Both the position numbers and the translations under genes were made by a program. This document shows, piece by piece, positions 17,662 through 28,125 of a stretch of 64,000 nucleotides of DNA. Source of the stretch: an uncultured Clostridia bacterium. GTDB lineage: Bacteria > Bacillota > Clostridia > Oscillospirales > Acutalibacteraceae. Within the stretch, counting starts at the first letter, position 1; every line of letters begins with the position of its first letter. The notes beneath the pieces are model-generated. The model ran no database searches. It was not told where the DNA came from and worked only from the letters and a program-made list of their open reading frames with translations. The DNA lies in assembly GCA_944384985.1 (NCBI GenBank), contig CALWVM010000010.1:235-64234 (forward strand), read 5' to 3'.

Positions 17662-18570
17662 ATGTACCATGCGCTGACTGCCGCCGATACGTTTCGAGAT
17701 ATCGGCAACGCTATTTTAAGCTTTCGAAGCCTTGCAGACGTGTTGGACGTGCTGTTGGTCGCCTTCGTAATTTACAGTGTAATCAAGCTGATTCGAGAAA
17801 CGCGCGCCATCCAGCTTGCCAAAGGGTTTATCCTGCTCCTCTTGCTGTATGCAGCGGTCTATTTGCTGAACATGGAGGTCAGTACCTACATGTTCTCCCT
17901 GCTGTTTTCCAATATCCTTCTGGTTTTAGTCATCATTTTTTCACCCGAGATCCGCCATGCGCTCGAAAGCGTCGGGCGCAGCAGTGTTTCCAATTTCAGC
18001 CTGTTTAATTTCAAGCACGGCGACGAGATCCAACGCCAGGAGCTCTTGACCGACATGGTCAACGCTGTTACAAAGGCGTGCGCCGACATGAGCGATAAAA
18101 AGATCGGTGCGCTGCTTGTGTTTGAGCGCGAGAGTATCCTTGGGGAAATCATCAACACGGGCACGCTTGTTGACGCTGCAATCTCTGCTGAAATGATTGG
18201 GAATATTTTTTATCCCAAAGCGCCGCTGCACGACGGCGCCGCCGTGATCCGTAATGCACGCATCTGTGCGGCGGGGTGTATTCTGCCGTTGACCAAGAAT
18301 GCGGATCTGAGCAGCGAACTGGGTACGCGGCACCGCGCTGCGATCGGCTTAAGCGAACAGAGCGACGCGCTGGTTATTGTGGTTTCGGAGGAGACGGGTA
18401 CGATCTCCTCCGCTTTCAAAGGGAACCTGCGGCGCAATCTTTCCAGCGGCGACCTGCGAGAACTGCTGACGCAGACGTTTATCAAGTCCGAAAGCAACGA
18501 CGACAATCGTTTTAAGAAACTGCTGAAGGGACGGCACAAGCATGAAGAAACTGCATCTAAAGAAGACTAA
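17662..18570 (+). CDS. cdaA: diadenylate cyclase
   Basis: Three N-terminal TM segments, then DAC domain motifs HDGAAVI and GTRHRAAIGLSEQSDALVIVVSEETG. ATG at 17662; the ORF-track start at 17602 is an extension. Confidence 0.93.
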   Translation: MYHALTAADTFRDIGNAILSFRSLADVLDVLLVAFVIYSVIKLIRETRAIQLAKGFILLLLLYAAVYLLNMEVSTYMFSLLFSNILLVLVIIFSPEIRHALESVGRSSVSNFSLFNFKHGDEIQRQELLTDMVNAVTKACADMSDKKIGALLVFERESILGEIINTGTLVDAAISAEMIGNIFYPKAPLHDGAAVIRNARICAAGCILPLTKNADLSSELGTRHRAAIGLSEQSDALVIVVSEETGTISSAFKGNLRRNLSSGDLRELLTQTFIKSESNDDNRFKKLLKGRHKHEETASKED

Positions 18571-19891
18571 ACCTGCCGCCGATCAAGCGGTTGCACCAAA
18601 AGAGAAGAAAAAAGGCGGGGGCCTCATCAACAACAACAAATTGATGATGCTGTTTTCGCTGATCGTAGCATTCGGTATTTGGATCTGGGTGGCGATCGAG
18701 AAAAGCCCGGTCGTGGAAGTCACCATCAGTTCCGTCCCGGTGCAGATCGATATGGAAAACAGCGTTCCTGCACAACTGAACCTGCAAATGTTCGGGCAGA
18801 CGGATTATTATGTAGATGTTACGGTCTCGGCAAAGCGTTTCATCGCATCATCGCTGACTGCTTCGGATGTCACGGTGACGGCGCAGACGAATTACGTCGA
18901 TTCCGCCGGCACAAAATCCCTGCAGCTGCGGGCTGTTGCCGCAAACTCCAAAGATTTTGAGATCACAGGACTTTCCCAAAATTACATCGACGTGTATTTT
19001 GATACTTACAAAGAGGCAGAATTTCCTGTCGCGCCGCGAATCATCTCGCCGGATGCAGGTTCTGTAATCGAAGGGTGTATTCTCGGCGATCCGGTATTTT
19101 CAAAGAGTACCGTCATCGTCAGCGGCCCTGCAACGGAAGTCAATACCGTTACCGGCGTGATTGCAGAGGTCACGCTTGATGCGCCGCTTTCTGCAACCAC
19201 GACGCTGCAGCCCGAGCTAAAGCTGCAATCCGAAGCAAACGAGTCACTTGCAAATGTCCAGATCGATGCAGGCGACAGCGATGTGACTATGACGATACCC
19301 GTTTTAAAAAATGTCGTGCTGCCGACCACGGTAACGTTCCGCAATACGCCTGCCGGCTACCTTAACGACCCCATTCCGTTTACCGTATCCCCGAGCAGTG
19401 TAGAGGCTGCCATCCCCGTAGAGCAGGTGGATGTGATTTCTTCCATCAGCGTCGGTACGCTGGATTTTTCGGAATTGGACAGCGGCTATAACCGATTTGT
19501 ATTTGAAGCCTCCGACATTACGGATTATATCGTGACCGATAATACCACGCGATTCCGTGTTACCGTCAACATGAGCGGTACAACGTCAGCGTCCTTTACA
19601 GTGCCGGAGGGCAACGTTACCATCACTGCGCAAAAGGACGGTTTTGCGTCTACCGTGATCCCGTCGAGCATTGAAAACGTTCGTGTCATCGGCACGCCTG
19701 AAGAGGTCGCCGCGCTGACAAACGATATGCTGTATGTGGAGATCGATTTGTCGAACTATGATATCAAAGCCGGGGAACAGACCATTGAGGTCAATGTATT
19801 TGTGCGCGGCAACACAAAGGCTTGGGCATCCGGAACCTATCCGGTCCGCATACAGTCCACACAGACAGCTGAACCTGAAACAACGCAGTAG
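18542..19891 (+). CDS. cdaR: CdaA regulatory protein CdaR (YbbR-domain repeats)
   Basis: 449-aa ORF overlapping the cdaA end; N-terminal TM and repeated beta-rich YbbR-like segments; conserved cdaA-cdaR pairing. Confidence 0.8.
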   Translation: MKKLHLKKTKPAADQAVAPKEKKKGGGLINNNKLMMLFSLIVAFGIWIWVAIEKSPVVEVTISSVPVQIDMENSVPAQLNLQMFGQTDYYVDVTVSAKRFIASSLTASDVTVTAQTNYVDSAGTKSLQLRAVAANSKDFEITGLSQNYIDVYFDTYKEAEFPVAPRIISPDAGSVIEGCILGDPVFSKSTVIVSGPATEVNTVTGVIAEVTLDAPLSATTTLQPELKLQSEANESLANVQIDAGDSDVTMTIPVLKNVVLPTTVTFRNTPAGYLNDPIPFTVSPSSVEAAIPVEQVDVISSISVGTLDFSELDSGYNRFVFEASDITDYIVTDNTTRFRVTVNMSGTTSASFTVPEGNVTITAQKDGFASTVIPSSIENVRVIGTPEEVAALTNDMLYVEIDLSNYDIKAGEQTIEVNVFVRGNTKAWASGTYPVRIQSTQTAEPETTQ

Positions 19892-19919
19892 CACATAAGG
19901 TTTATTTTCTGAGGAAGGG

Positions 19920-21281
19920 GTGGCCGCAGTGAGGCGAAAAAGCATTTTGCTTTTGTTTGCAGTGCTGCTGGTTATGGGTCTGTGCAGCTGCTCTGTAAAG
20001 ATCACCACAGTGGACGAGCTGATGCGTCCGCCCCGCCTTTCCGGCGAAAACGAGGGGATCGAAGAGGCTTTCGAACGCGCCACAGAGAACAAAAGCGTGC
20101 AGGTCAAAACGCCGATGGCAGGCGCTTACCGCTCTGCTTATGTTTTATATGATTACGACGCCGACGGCACACAGGAGGCCATTACGTTTTACAGCGATAC
20201 GGCGGACGAAACGACGGCATATATGCATGTCCTGGATTTCAACGGTACACGCTGGGAATCTGTCGCCGACATCAAAGGCAAGGGCAGTGAGGTATATCAA
20301 ATCGACTTCTGCGATATGAACGGTGACGGCCGTTCGGAGATCGTGGTCTGCTGGTCATTATTTGAAAGTACGGGCGGCAGGGTGCTCACGGTATATGCTC
20401 CGCGCGACGATGAAACCTCTGCCGGTCTGCGGGAGCTTTCCCGGGAGCCGTTCACGCAAATGCTGCCCGTGGATATCAACACCGACGGACGCGACGAAAT
20501 CTTTTTGATGCTGATTACCACAGAATTTGGCGCGAACCGAACGGTTGGCAAATTGCTTGCGATGGACGATGACTTCGGGATATATGCTATGGACAGTCTG
20601 GAACTCGTTCCGGCGTTAAGCGTGCTTTCTTTACAGGCATCCAAAGCAGACACGCAAAGCGGTGCGACCGCTGCGCTGTATGCGGATTGCGTGTTGAACG
20701 AAAACATGGCGGTCACCGAGATTGTGTATTGGGACAGCGCCATGCACCGCCTGCGTGCGCCGTTAACGGAGGATAACCGTTCTGCCGCGCCGCAGACCGC
20801 GCGTTCCGCAACGCTTTCCTGTATGGATTTTGATGCAGATGGGGCCCTTGAGATCCCGACACAGCAGTTTTTCTCCAATGCGGTTACTGCTGTGGGCGAT
20901 GAGCGGCAGCCATTGCCGCTGACGGTCTGGCTGGGTTTCGACGGCAACGCACTGCATCCCAAAACGAGTGCATTGATGCTGTCCGCCTGGTCATGCTCGT
21001 TCCGGATAACCGATCAGGAGCTGAAATCGTTTCTGGTCGTCAACGATCTGGCGGCGCAGACTTGTTCCTTTTACCGTCAGCTTTCAGACGGTTCGCGCGG
21101 GGAACTGTTGTTTGTACTGTCGGTTGCGGCAACGGCGCAATGGGAACACGGCGACCGCGGCGATCGTGTTTTCCTTGCGGAAAGCGGGCGCAGGATCTAT
21201 GCCTATGAGATTACACAAGCGGGGGAGGCGTTCGGCGTTACGCCGAGCGGTTTACAGGAGCGTTTTGCGGTGACGCGATAA
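19920..21281 (+). CDS. putative lipoprotein with four DxDxDG (FG-GAP/VCBS-like) repeats
   Basis: Signal peptide ending LVMGLCSCS; repeats DYDADGTQEAITFY, DMNGDGRSEIVVCW, DINTDGRDEIFLML and DFDADGALEIP. Confidence 0.65.
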   Translation: MAAVRRKSILLLFAVLLVMGLCSCSVKITTVDELMRPPRLSGENEGIEEAFERATENKSVQVKTPMAGAYRSAYVLYDYDADGTQEAITFYSDTADETTAYMHVLDFNGTRWESVADIKGKGSEVYQIDFCDMNGDGRSEIVVCWSLFESTGGRVLTVYAPRDDETSAGLRELSREPFTQMLPVDINTDGRDEIFLMLITTEFGANRTVGKLLAMDDDFGIYAMDSLELVPALSVLSLQASKADTQSGATAALYADCVLNENMAVTEIVYWDSAMHRLRAPLTEDNRSAAPQTARSATLSCMDFDADGALEIPTQQFFSNAVTAVGDERQPLPLTVWLGFDGNALHPKTSALMLSAWSCSFRITDQELKSFLVVNDLAAQTCSFYRQLSDGSRGELLFVLSVAATAQWEHGDRGDRVFLAESGRRIYAYEITQAGEAFGVTPSGLQERFAVTR

Positions 21282-21293
21282 AGGAGAGGCTGT

Positions 21294-21998
21294 ATGAAAC
21301 GGGTTTTGATTGCCGAGGACGAGGCTTCCATTAGGGAGTTCATCGTCATCAATCTGCAACGCAGCGGCTATGAAGTCCTGGAAGCGGAGAACGGTGCGGA
21401 AGCAATCCGGCTGTTTGACAGCTGCGGCGGGCAGGTTGACGTAGCGATTCTTGACATTATGATGCCGGAAAAGGACGGTATGGAGGTCTGTCGGTATTTT
21501 CGTGACAAAAGTGCAGAGATAGGTATTTTAATGCTGTCCGCCAAATCGCAGGAGATCGACAAGGTCTCCGGGCTTATGAACGGGGCAGATGATTATATCA
21601 CCAAACCGTTTTCGCCCTCTGAATTGATGGCGCGGGTCGATGCGATCTATCGCCGCGTTGCGCTCATCAAGGCACGGCATGCGCAAGACCAGTCGCCGCA
21701 AAGCATCCGGCTTGGTGATTTTACGCTGCAGCTTAACGAACGGCTGCTTTATAAAAAAAATAAGCCTATTGAATTGACGCAAATCGAATTTCAGATTTTG
21801 GAATATTTGTTCCGCAATCCCAACACGGTGTTGACGCGCGCGTCGATTCTGCAGGAGGTCTGGGGAGAAAACTGCTATGTGGATGACAAAGTTATTGACG
21901 TCAACATTCATCGTTTGCGCAGCAAGATCGAGGACATCCCCGCGCAGCCAAAGCACCTTGTAACCATTTGGGGCATGGGCTATAAGTGGATCGTTTGA
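21294..21998 (+). CDS. OmpR-family response regulator
   Basis: Receiver domain (VLIAEDE, ILDIMMPEKDG, KPF) plus winged-helix output domain (LTQIEFQILEYL..., WGMGYKW). Confidence 0.92.
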   Translation: MKRVLIAEDEASIREFIVINLQRSGYEVLEAENGAEAIRLFDSCGGQVDVAILDIMMPEKDGMEVCRYFRDKSAEIGILMLSAKSQEIDKVSGLMNGADDYITKPFSPSELMARVDAIYRRVALIKARHAQDQSPQSIRLGDFTLQLNERLLYKKNKPIELTQIEFQILEYLFRNPNTVLTRASILQEVWGENCYVDDKVIDVNIHRLRSKIEDIPAQPKHLVTIWGMGYKWIV

Positions 21999-23467
21999 AG
22001 CACGGCCGGAAAGGGGCGAGACATTTGTCGCTTGGCAAAAGCAGCATCACAAAGCGATGGGTCATCAATACGCTCTGCGTGATCGTTGTGGTCCTGGTCA
22101 GCGTTACGCTGATTGCGCTGTTGCTGTTTCACGAGCAATATTATGCTTCCGTGCGCACAACGCTGAATGCGCGGGCAACCGGACTTGTGCGCTCTTATTT
22201 TTCGTTTTCTTCCGGAACGCCCACAGACGAGACGTTCAATTTGCGTGCCAACGAATATGTTGAAAACTTCAACGACAAAACGCTTATGGAGGTCTGGGTA
22301 ATCGATCGCAGCGGCAATGTGGTGGTTTCCTCCAGCGGCTTTTCCGTCGCCGGGGAACCGTATCCGGACTATGAAGAAGCGTGCGATGCGGAGAACGGGA
22401 AAGCGTTTTGGACGGGGTATACCTCTTCCGGCGAACACATTATGGCGTTGAGCTTTATGCTTGGACCGCAGGCCGCACAAAGCGGCGCAGTTCGGTATAT
22501 CATCTCGCTTGCAGATATTGACGGGCAGCTGCGCACCATCGCCGTTTTGCTGTTTGTGCTGTGCGGCGTGATATTGGCGCTTGTCTCCATTTCCGGACTT
22601 TATTTTGTGCGTTCCATCGTTCAGCCTGTAAAACGCATTACTGAAACCGCGCAGCGCATCGCCGACGGGGATCTGAGCGCCCGTATTGCCGGCAGAGAGT
22701 ATGAAGACGAGCTTGGCGTTTTAAGCGCGACGATCAACGATATGGCACGCGAACTCAACGAGACGGACCGCTTGAAAAACGAATTCATTTCCACCGTTTC
22801 GCACGAGCTGCGAACGCCGCTGACCGCCATCAAGGGCTGGGGAGAAACGCTTCTGGATTCCCCGCCTGGGGATGCGGCGCTTACGCACAAGGGCTTGGAG
22901 GTCATTATCAGCGAGTCGGAACGCCTTTCCCAGCTTGTGGAGGAACTGCTGGACTTTTCCCGCATGGAAAGCGGCAATCTTACCATGCAGATGGAACGCT
23001 TTGATGTGCTTGATACCCTGCGGGAAGCGCTGCTGCTGTTTAACGAACGAGCCCGGCGGGAAGCCATAACGCTGACATATGAGATCGACCCCGGGAATGC
23101 GATCATGCACGGCGACCGCAATCGCATCAAACAGGTGTTCGTCAACGTGTTAGACAATGCGTTCAAATATTCCGAACAAGGCGGCAGCATCCTTGTGCAG
23201 GCGCTTGTCCCGGAGCAAAATGCGGTGCAGATTAAAATTTCGGACCACGGCTGCGGCATTTCAGAGGAAGATCTCCCGCATGTGACCGAAAAGTTCTATA
23301 AAGCGAATACCGCTGTGCGCGGCTCCGGAATCGGGCTTGCGGTCGTCGCCGAGATCGTCGCGAAGCACAGCGGCGATCTGCAATTTGACAGTACGCAAGG
23401 CGAGGGAACAACCGTTACCCTGCGCTTTCCGATAGAAACTCAAGCGGCAATGCCGAAAGGAGAATAA
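21986..23467 (+). CDS. sensor histidine kinase (TM-sensor-TM, HAMP, HisKA, HATPase_c)
   Basis: FISTVSHELRTPLTAIKGW H-box, NVLDNAFKY N-box and GSGIGLAVV G-box; overlaps the response-regulator gene by 13 nt. Confidence 0.92.
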   Translation: MDRLKHGRKGARHLSLGKSSITKRWVINTLCVIVVVLVSVTLIALLLFHEQYYASVRTTLNARATGLVRSYFSFSSGTPTDETFNLRANEYVENFNDKTLMEVWVIDRSGNVVVSSSGFSVAGEPYPDYEEACDAENGKAFWTGYTSSGEHIMALSFMLGPQAAQSGAVRYIISLADIDGQLRTIAVLLFVLCGVILALVSISGLYFVRSIVQPVKRITETAQRIADGDLSARIAGREYEDELGVLSATINDMARELNETDRLKNEFISTVSHELRTPLTAIKGWGETLLDSPPGDAALTHKGLEVIISESERLSQLVEELLDFSRMESGNLTMQMERFDVLDTLREALLLFNERARREAITLTYEIDPGNAIMHGDRNRIKQVFVNVLDNAFKYSEQGGSILVQALVPEQNAVQIKISDHGCGISEEDLPHVTEKFYKANTAVRGSGIGLAVVAEIVAKHSGDLQFDSTQGEGTTVTLRFPIETQAAMPKGE

Positions 23468-24495
23468 TGTTGGCAAAAAAGCAGAAAAAACCTTGCAAAT
23501 ACAGCTCGGTCGGCGGGCAGGCGCTTATCGAGGGTGTAATGATGCGCGGTCCGCGCGGAACAGCGATGTCCGTACGTCTGCCGAACGGCGAGATTGAAAC
23601 GGAATATAAGGAGACTAAACCCTGGCGGGAAAAATGTAAATTTTTCTCCCTCCCGCTTATTCGCGGCATCGTCGGTTTTGTCGAATCACTTGTAACGGGT
23701 TACGGTTATCTGATGGAGTCCGCCGAAAAGGCAACACAGGGCGAAGAAGAGAATCCGGAGGAGCTTTCCAAGCTGGATCGTTGGATCAATGACCATTTCG
23801 GTGAAAAAATGATGAATGCCATCGGCATCATCTCTGCCGTGCTTGGGTTTGCACTCGCTTTTTTCCTGTTCCTGTGGCTTCCTTCCTTCCTTGTGGACGT
23901 GGTGACGCGGGGTACGCTGTTAAAATTCCACGCGCTCTTTGAAGGCATTATCCGTGTGATTATTTTCGTTTTGTATATGGTGCTGGTCTCGCAGATGAAG
24001 GATATCCACCGTGTATTTATGTACCACGGCGCCGAGCACAAGTCCATTTTCTGCTATGAACACGGGCTTCCTCTGACGGTTGAAAACGTGCGCAAGCAAA
24101 AGCGTTTCCACCCGCGCTGTGGCACGAGCTTTATGTTCGTTATGATTTTGCTGAGCATCCTGATCTCATCCGCACTTGTGTTGATTATCCCGGGTCTTGC
24201 TGAAGTTAACCGCGCCCTTTGGATCACCGTAAAGATTCTGGTGCTGCCGTTTGTGATGGGCCTTGGCTATGAATTTATTCGCTATGCAGGAAAGCATGAT
24301 AATCTGTTCGTAAAGATCCTCGCGGCGCCCGGACTTTGGATGCAGCGCATCACCACTAAGGAACCTACCGACGACATTATCGAAGTCGGTATTGCTTCCT
24401 TAAAAGCGGCACTCGGTGAAGACGAAACGGTACAGACCCAGCCGCGGCAGCCGGAAAGCGATCCGCCTGCTTTCGGCGAAGGAAACGCGCAATGA
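23467..24495 (+). CDS. DUF1385 (YqhQ-like) membrane protein
   Basis: GGQALIEGVMMRGP and YHGAEHK motifs; typical position upstream of prmC. Confidence 0.8.
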   Translation: MLAKKQKKPCKYSSVGGQALIEGVMMRGPRGTAMSVRLPNGEIETEYKETKPWREKCKFFSLPLIRGIVGFVESLVTGYGYLMESAEKATQGEEENPEELSKLDRWINDHFGEKMMNAIGIISAVLGFALAFFLFLWLPSFLVDVVTRGTLLKFHALFEGIIRVIIFVLYMVLVSQMKDIHRVFMYHGAEHKSIFCYEHGLPLTVENVRKQKRFHPRCGTSFMFVMILLSILISSALVLIIPGLAEVNRALWITVKILVLPFVMGLGYEFIRYAGKHDNLFVKILAAPGLWMQRITTKEPTDDIIEVGIASLKAALGEDETVQTQPRQPESDPPAFGEGNAQ

Positions 24496-25328
24496 CGGTA
24501 TCAGATGCATTTGAAAAAGGAAAACAAATTTTAGAAGAGAATCACATTCCGGATGCCGCGTTTGACTGTGGCTGCCTGTTTGAGGCGGCCTGCGGCTATG
24601 CCCATGCATCAAGGCTTGCGCATGCGGACGATGTTTTGGATGCAGCAGCCACGGAGCGGTTCTTGTCTTATGTCCGCCGCCGTGCGGACGGAGAACCGCT
24701 GCAATATATCCTCGGAAAATGGGAGTTCTGCGGGCGGTCGTTTCGTGTCGGTCCCGGTGTGCTGATCCCGCGGCCCGAGACGGAAGAACTCGCCGGGCTT
24801 GCAGACCGTGCAGTACGGGAAAACTCGTATGCTGTGGTCTGGGATCTGTGTGCAGGCACGGGGTGCCTTGGTCTGACGATCGCACTCAACAATCCAGCTA
24901 CCCGCGTTTATTTGCTTGAAAAATATGTGGATGCGTTCGCCTATCTGGAGGAAAACCGAAAGATGCTTGGCACACAGAACGCGGCGGCATTGCAGGCGGA
25001 TATTTTCGACCCGCCGCCTTTAGCGCTTCCTGCGCCGGACCTTGTGGTTTCCAATCCGCCGTATGTTCCGGCCGGGGAGATTGCACATTTGCAAGCCGAA
25101 GTTCGTCGGGAGCCGCATATGGCGCTGGACGGCGGCGCGGACGGGCTGGATTTTTACCGCGCGATTGCCGATTTATGGTTTCCTAAAGTGCGCGCCGGCG
25201 GAAAAATTTTGCTGGAGTGCGGTGACGGGCAGGGGGAAAAGGTTGCTGCTCTTTTTGTAAATTGTGCACGCCGTACCGCGCATTACGACACAAATCGTAT
25301 TGACAGATTCGTAGAAATCACAGTATAA
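24492..25328 (+). CDS. prmC: release factor glutamine N5-methyltransferase
   Basis: PLQYILGKWEFCG, DLCAGTGC and VSNPPYVP motifs. Confidence 0.92.
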   Translation: MTVSDAFEKGKQILEENHIPDAAFDCGCLFEAACGYAHASRLAHADDVLDAAATERFLSYVRRRADGEPLQYILGKWEFCGRSFRVGPGVLIPRPETEELAGLADRAVRENSYAVVWDLCAGTGCLGLTIALNNPATRVYLLEKYVDAFAYLEENRKMLGTQNAAALQADIFDPPPLALPAPDLVVSNPPYVPAGEIAHLQAEVRREPHMALDGGADGLDFYRAIADLWFPKVRAGGKILLECGDGQGEKVAALFVNCARRTAHYDTNRIDRFVEITV

Positions 25329-25360
25329 TATGTTTTCAAAGATATTTTGGGAGTTGGGCT

Positions 25361-26026
25361 ATGCTTTTCGATCTTTTGCGCGGCGGCTTTGACCCGGTCA
25401 CCTTGATTGCGGGTTTGTTCGCTTCGGTGTTTGTTGTGTTCTGCACCATGCCTGTGCACGAATGCGCACATGCTTTTGTGGCGTACAAGCTCGGTGACAA
25501 AACAGCGCGCCTTGCCGGGCGAATGACGCTCAACCCGATGAAGCATATTGATCCAATCGGCGCGTTGATGATTATTCTTGTCGGCTTCGGGTATGCAAAG
25601 CCCGTGCCGGTCAATCCGCGCAATTTCAAAAAGCCGAAAGTCGGTATGGCGCTGACCGCGCTTGCAGGACCTGTGGCCAATCTGCTGATGGCGATGCTTT
25701 TTATCCTTTTCAAAAACATTGTCGGCTTGCTTCCGTCTACCAGTCTGCTGGCGGTCGCGCTGTATTTGTTTTTCACGTATGCGGCGATGATCAACATCGG
25801 TCTTGCTGTGTTCAATTTGATCCCGGTGCCGCCGCTGGATGGCTCGCGCGTGCTGCAGCTGCTGATTCCGGCGAAGTATTACTACAAATTCCTGCAATAT
25901 GAGCGCTACATTGTTTTGGTCGTGTTTTTGCTTCTGTTCCTCGGTGTGCTCAGCCGCCCGCTCGCGGAAGCGGAGGTATGGCTCTTTGAAAAGATGGATT
26001 ATATCATCGGGTATCCTTTTCGATAA
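25361..26026 (+). CDS. site-2 protease family (M50) zinc metalloprotease
   Basis: Polytopic membrane protein with HECAH (HExxH) and NLIPVPPLDGS motifs. Confidence 0.85.
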   Translation: MLFDLLRGGFDPVTLIAGLFASVFVVFCTMPVHECAHAFVAYKLGDKTARLAGRMTLNPMKHIDPIGALMIILVGFGYAKPVPVNPRNFKKPKVGMALTALAGPVANLLMAMLFILFKNIVGLLPSTSLLAVALYLFFTYAAMINIGLAVFNLIPVPPLDGSRVLQLLIPAKYYYKFLQYERYIVLVVFLLLFLGVLSRPLAEAEVWLFEKMDYIIGYPFR

Positions 26027-26037
26027 GGTGTAAAAGA

Positions 26038-26778
26038 ATGGAGCAGATTTCATACAAATTAGAGGTGTTCGAAGGCCCGATGGACCTGCTTTTGCACCTC
26101 ATTTCAAAGCATAAGCTGAATATTTATGATATACCGATTTTTACCTTGGTGGAACAGTATACCGATTATGTCAAGCGTATGCAGGAAGAAGATATGTACG
26201 TTGCAAGCGCGTTCTTGGAAATGGCGGCGCGGCTTGTATATATCAAAACCGTTTCACTGCTGCCCGTGTACAAAGAGGCGGAAGAGCTGAAAAAAGAGCT
26301 CACCGGCGAATTGCTTGAATATCGCGACTGCCGCCTGATGGCGGAGAAACTGTCGCACCAGACCGAAGGCTTTGACCGCTTTGTGCGCGAACCCATGGAG
26401 ATCGAAGCAGATCCGACCTACACCCGCTTGCATGAGCCCTCCGAGCTTTTACGCGCTTACATGAGTGCGGTCGGCAAGCGGCTTCGCAAGCTCCCTCCGC
26501 CGGTGGAAGCGTTCCGCGGCATCGTGGCGACCAAGATCGTCTCGGTCGAATCTAAGATCAAGTCGATTTATTATAAACTGACGCGTAAGGGCAAGAAACA
26601 GCGTTTTCGCGCTCTTTTTGCCGACGCACAGTCAAAATCTGACCTTGTTGCGACTTTTCTCGCCGTGCTCGAACTTGCCAAAAGCAAAAAGCTGCGCGTG
26701 GAAGGCGACGGCGACACGGCGGATGTGGAACTTTTGACAGAAGATTTCGGGGACTTTGGTTCCAAAGAATGGGGGTAA
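26038..26778 (+). CDS. scpA: segregation and condensation protein A
   Basis: FEGPMDLLLHLISKHKLNIYDIPI N-terminus. Confidence 0.92.
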   Translation: MEQISYKLEVFEGPMDLLLHLISKHKLNIYDIPIFTLVEQYTDYVKRMQEEDMYVASAFLEMAARLVYIKTVSLLPVYKEAEELKKELTGELLEYRDCRLMAEKLSHQTEGFDRFVREPMEIEADPTYTRLHEPSELLRAYMSAVGKRLRKLPPPVEAFRGIVATKIVSVESKIKSIYYKLTRKGKKQRFRALFADAQSKSDLVATFLAVLELAKSKKLRVEGDGDTADVELLTEDFGDFGSKEWG

Positions 26779-27389
26779 GGGCGCATTTGGCTCGAGCAAA
26801 AACCTTGCAGGCAGCTGCGGAAGCGATTTTATTTTCCGTCGGCGAGCCTTTGGAAATACAGCGGCTCGCGGAGGCTTTGGAGATCGACGAAGAGCAAACA
26901 CAGCAGGTTTTACTGAATTTGTCCGCGTCTCTGGACGAGCGCGGCAGCGGCATCTGTCTTTTAAAGCTTGGCTCCAAATATCAGCTTGCCTCCCGAACGG
27001 AATTTGCGCCGCAGATCCGCAGCGTACTCGAAGTCCGGCGCAACGCGCCACTTTCTCAGGCGGCGTTTGAGGTGCTTGCCGTCATTGCGTATAACCAGCC
27101 CGTGACCAAATCCTTTGTTGAGCAGGTGCGCGGTGTGGATTGCTCCGGTGTCATCGCCACGCTTTGCCAGAAAAAGCTGATTGAAGAGAAAGGGAGACTT
27201 GATCTTCCCGGCAGACCGCTGTTGTACGGTACAACGCCGGACTTTTTGCGATGCTTTTCGGTCTCATCGCTCGACGAATTGCCGCAGCTTCCGAATAAAG
27301 AGGAATCTGCAAAGGTTCAAGAAGCAGCCGATCAGATCCCTACCGCAGAAAACACGCCGGAGGATACCGGCGCGCCCGCCGCTGAATAA
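26769..27389 (+). CDS. scpB: segregation and condensation protein B
   Basis: AILFSVGEPL..., LSQAAFEVLAVIAYNQPVTK and GRPLLYGTT motifs; overlaps scpA. Confidence 0.92.
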   Translation: MGVRAHLARAKTLQAAAEAILFSVGEPLEIQRLAEALEIDEEQTQQVLLNLSASLDERGSGICLLKLGSKYQLASRTEFAPQIRSVLEVRRNAPLSQAAFEVLAVIAYNQPVTKSFVEQVRGVDCSGVIATLCQKKLIEEKGRLDLPGRPLLYGTTPDFLRCFSVSSLDELPQLPNKEESAKVQEAADQIPTAENTPEDTGAPAAE

Positions 27390-27429
27390 AGCGGATTAAG
27401 ATTTTATTTCGGAAAAAGGAGGTGTTCTT

Positions 27430-28125
27430 TTGGTTGCCTTATATATTCTTCTCGGCATTATTTTGCTTTTGATCCTTCTTTTAAGCGTCAAAGTGCGTGT
27501 GGATGCGGAATACATAGAGGATTTCCGTGCAAAACTTCGCTGGGCGTTTTTGTCCTTTGATTTATATCCGACAAAACCCAAAGAGAAAAAGCCGAAGAAA
27601 GAAAAATCGAAAGCGGAAGAACCGCCGCAGCCGGAGGAACCCAAGCCCAAAAAGCCGAATCCTTTTAAGACATTTTATGAAAACCAGGGATACGAAGGGG
27701 TCAAACAACTGATCCGCGATACGGCGGACGCGCTCGGCTCTTTGATGAAGAGCGTGAAAAAGCATTTGATCCTGGACGAGCTTTTCCTGTTTGTTGTGGT
27801 TTCGCACAACCACGATGCCGCACGTACGGCGATCGAATACGGCGAGGCTTGCCGGGAGATCTTCCCCGCAATGGGCTTTATCTGCTCTAACCTCAAGGTC
27901 AAAAAATACGACGTGGAAGTGGAACCGGATTTTCTCGGCACTTTCAGCAGCGCACAATTTTCCTTTTCCCTTTCCATCCGTCCGATCTTTCTCATCAACG
28001 CCGCGCTTGTTATGGCGGTCCGATTGCTGTTCAAAGTGGTTTTGAAGGTGCTGCGCGCAAAGCCTGCGCCCGAAACCTTAGAAAATAAACAACCCGAAAA
28101 TATACAAGGTGGTGCAACTTCATGA
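27430..28125 (+). CDS. YtfI-like sporulation protein (DUF2953-like)
   Basis: N-terminal TM, Lys/Pro/Glu-rich linker, located directly upstream of the ytfJ homolog. TTG start 7 nt after AAAGGAGG. Confidence 0.6.
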   Translation: MVALYILLGIILLLILLLSVKVRVDAEYIEDFRAKLRWAFLSFDLYPTKPKEKKPKKEKSKAEEPPQPEEPKPKKPNPFKTFYENQGYEGVKQLIRDTADALGSLMKSVKKHLILDELFLFVVVSHNHDAARTAIEYGEACREIFPAMGFICSNLKVKKYDVEVEPDFLGTFSSAQFSFSLSIRPIFLINAALVMAVRLLFKVVLKVLRAKPAPETLENKQPENIQGGATS

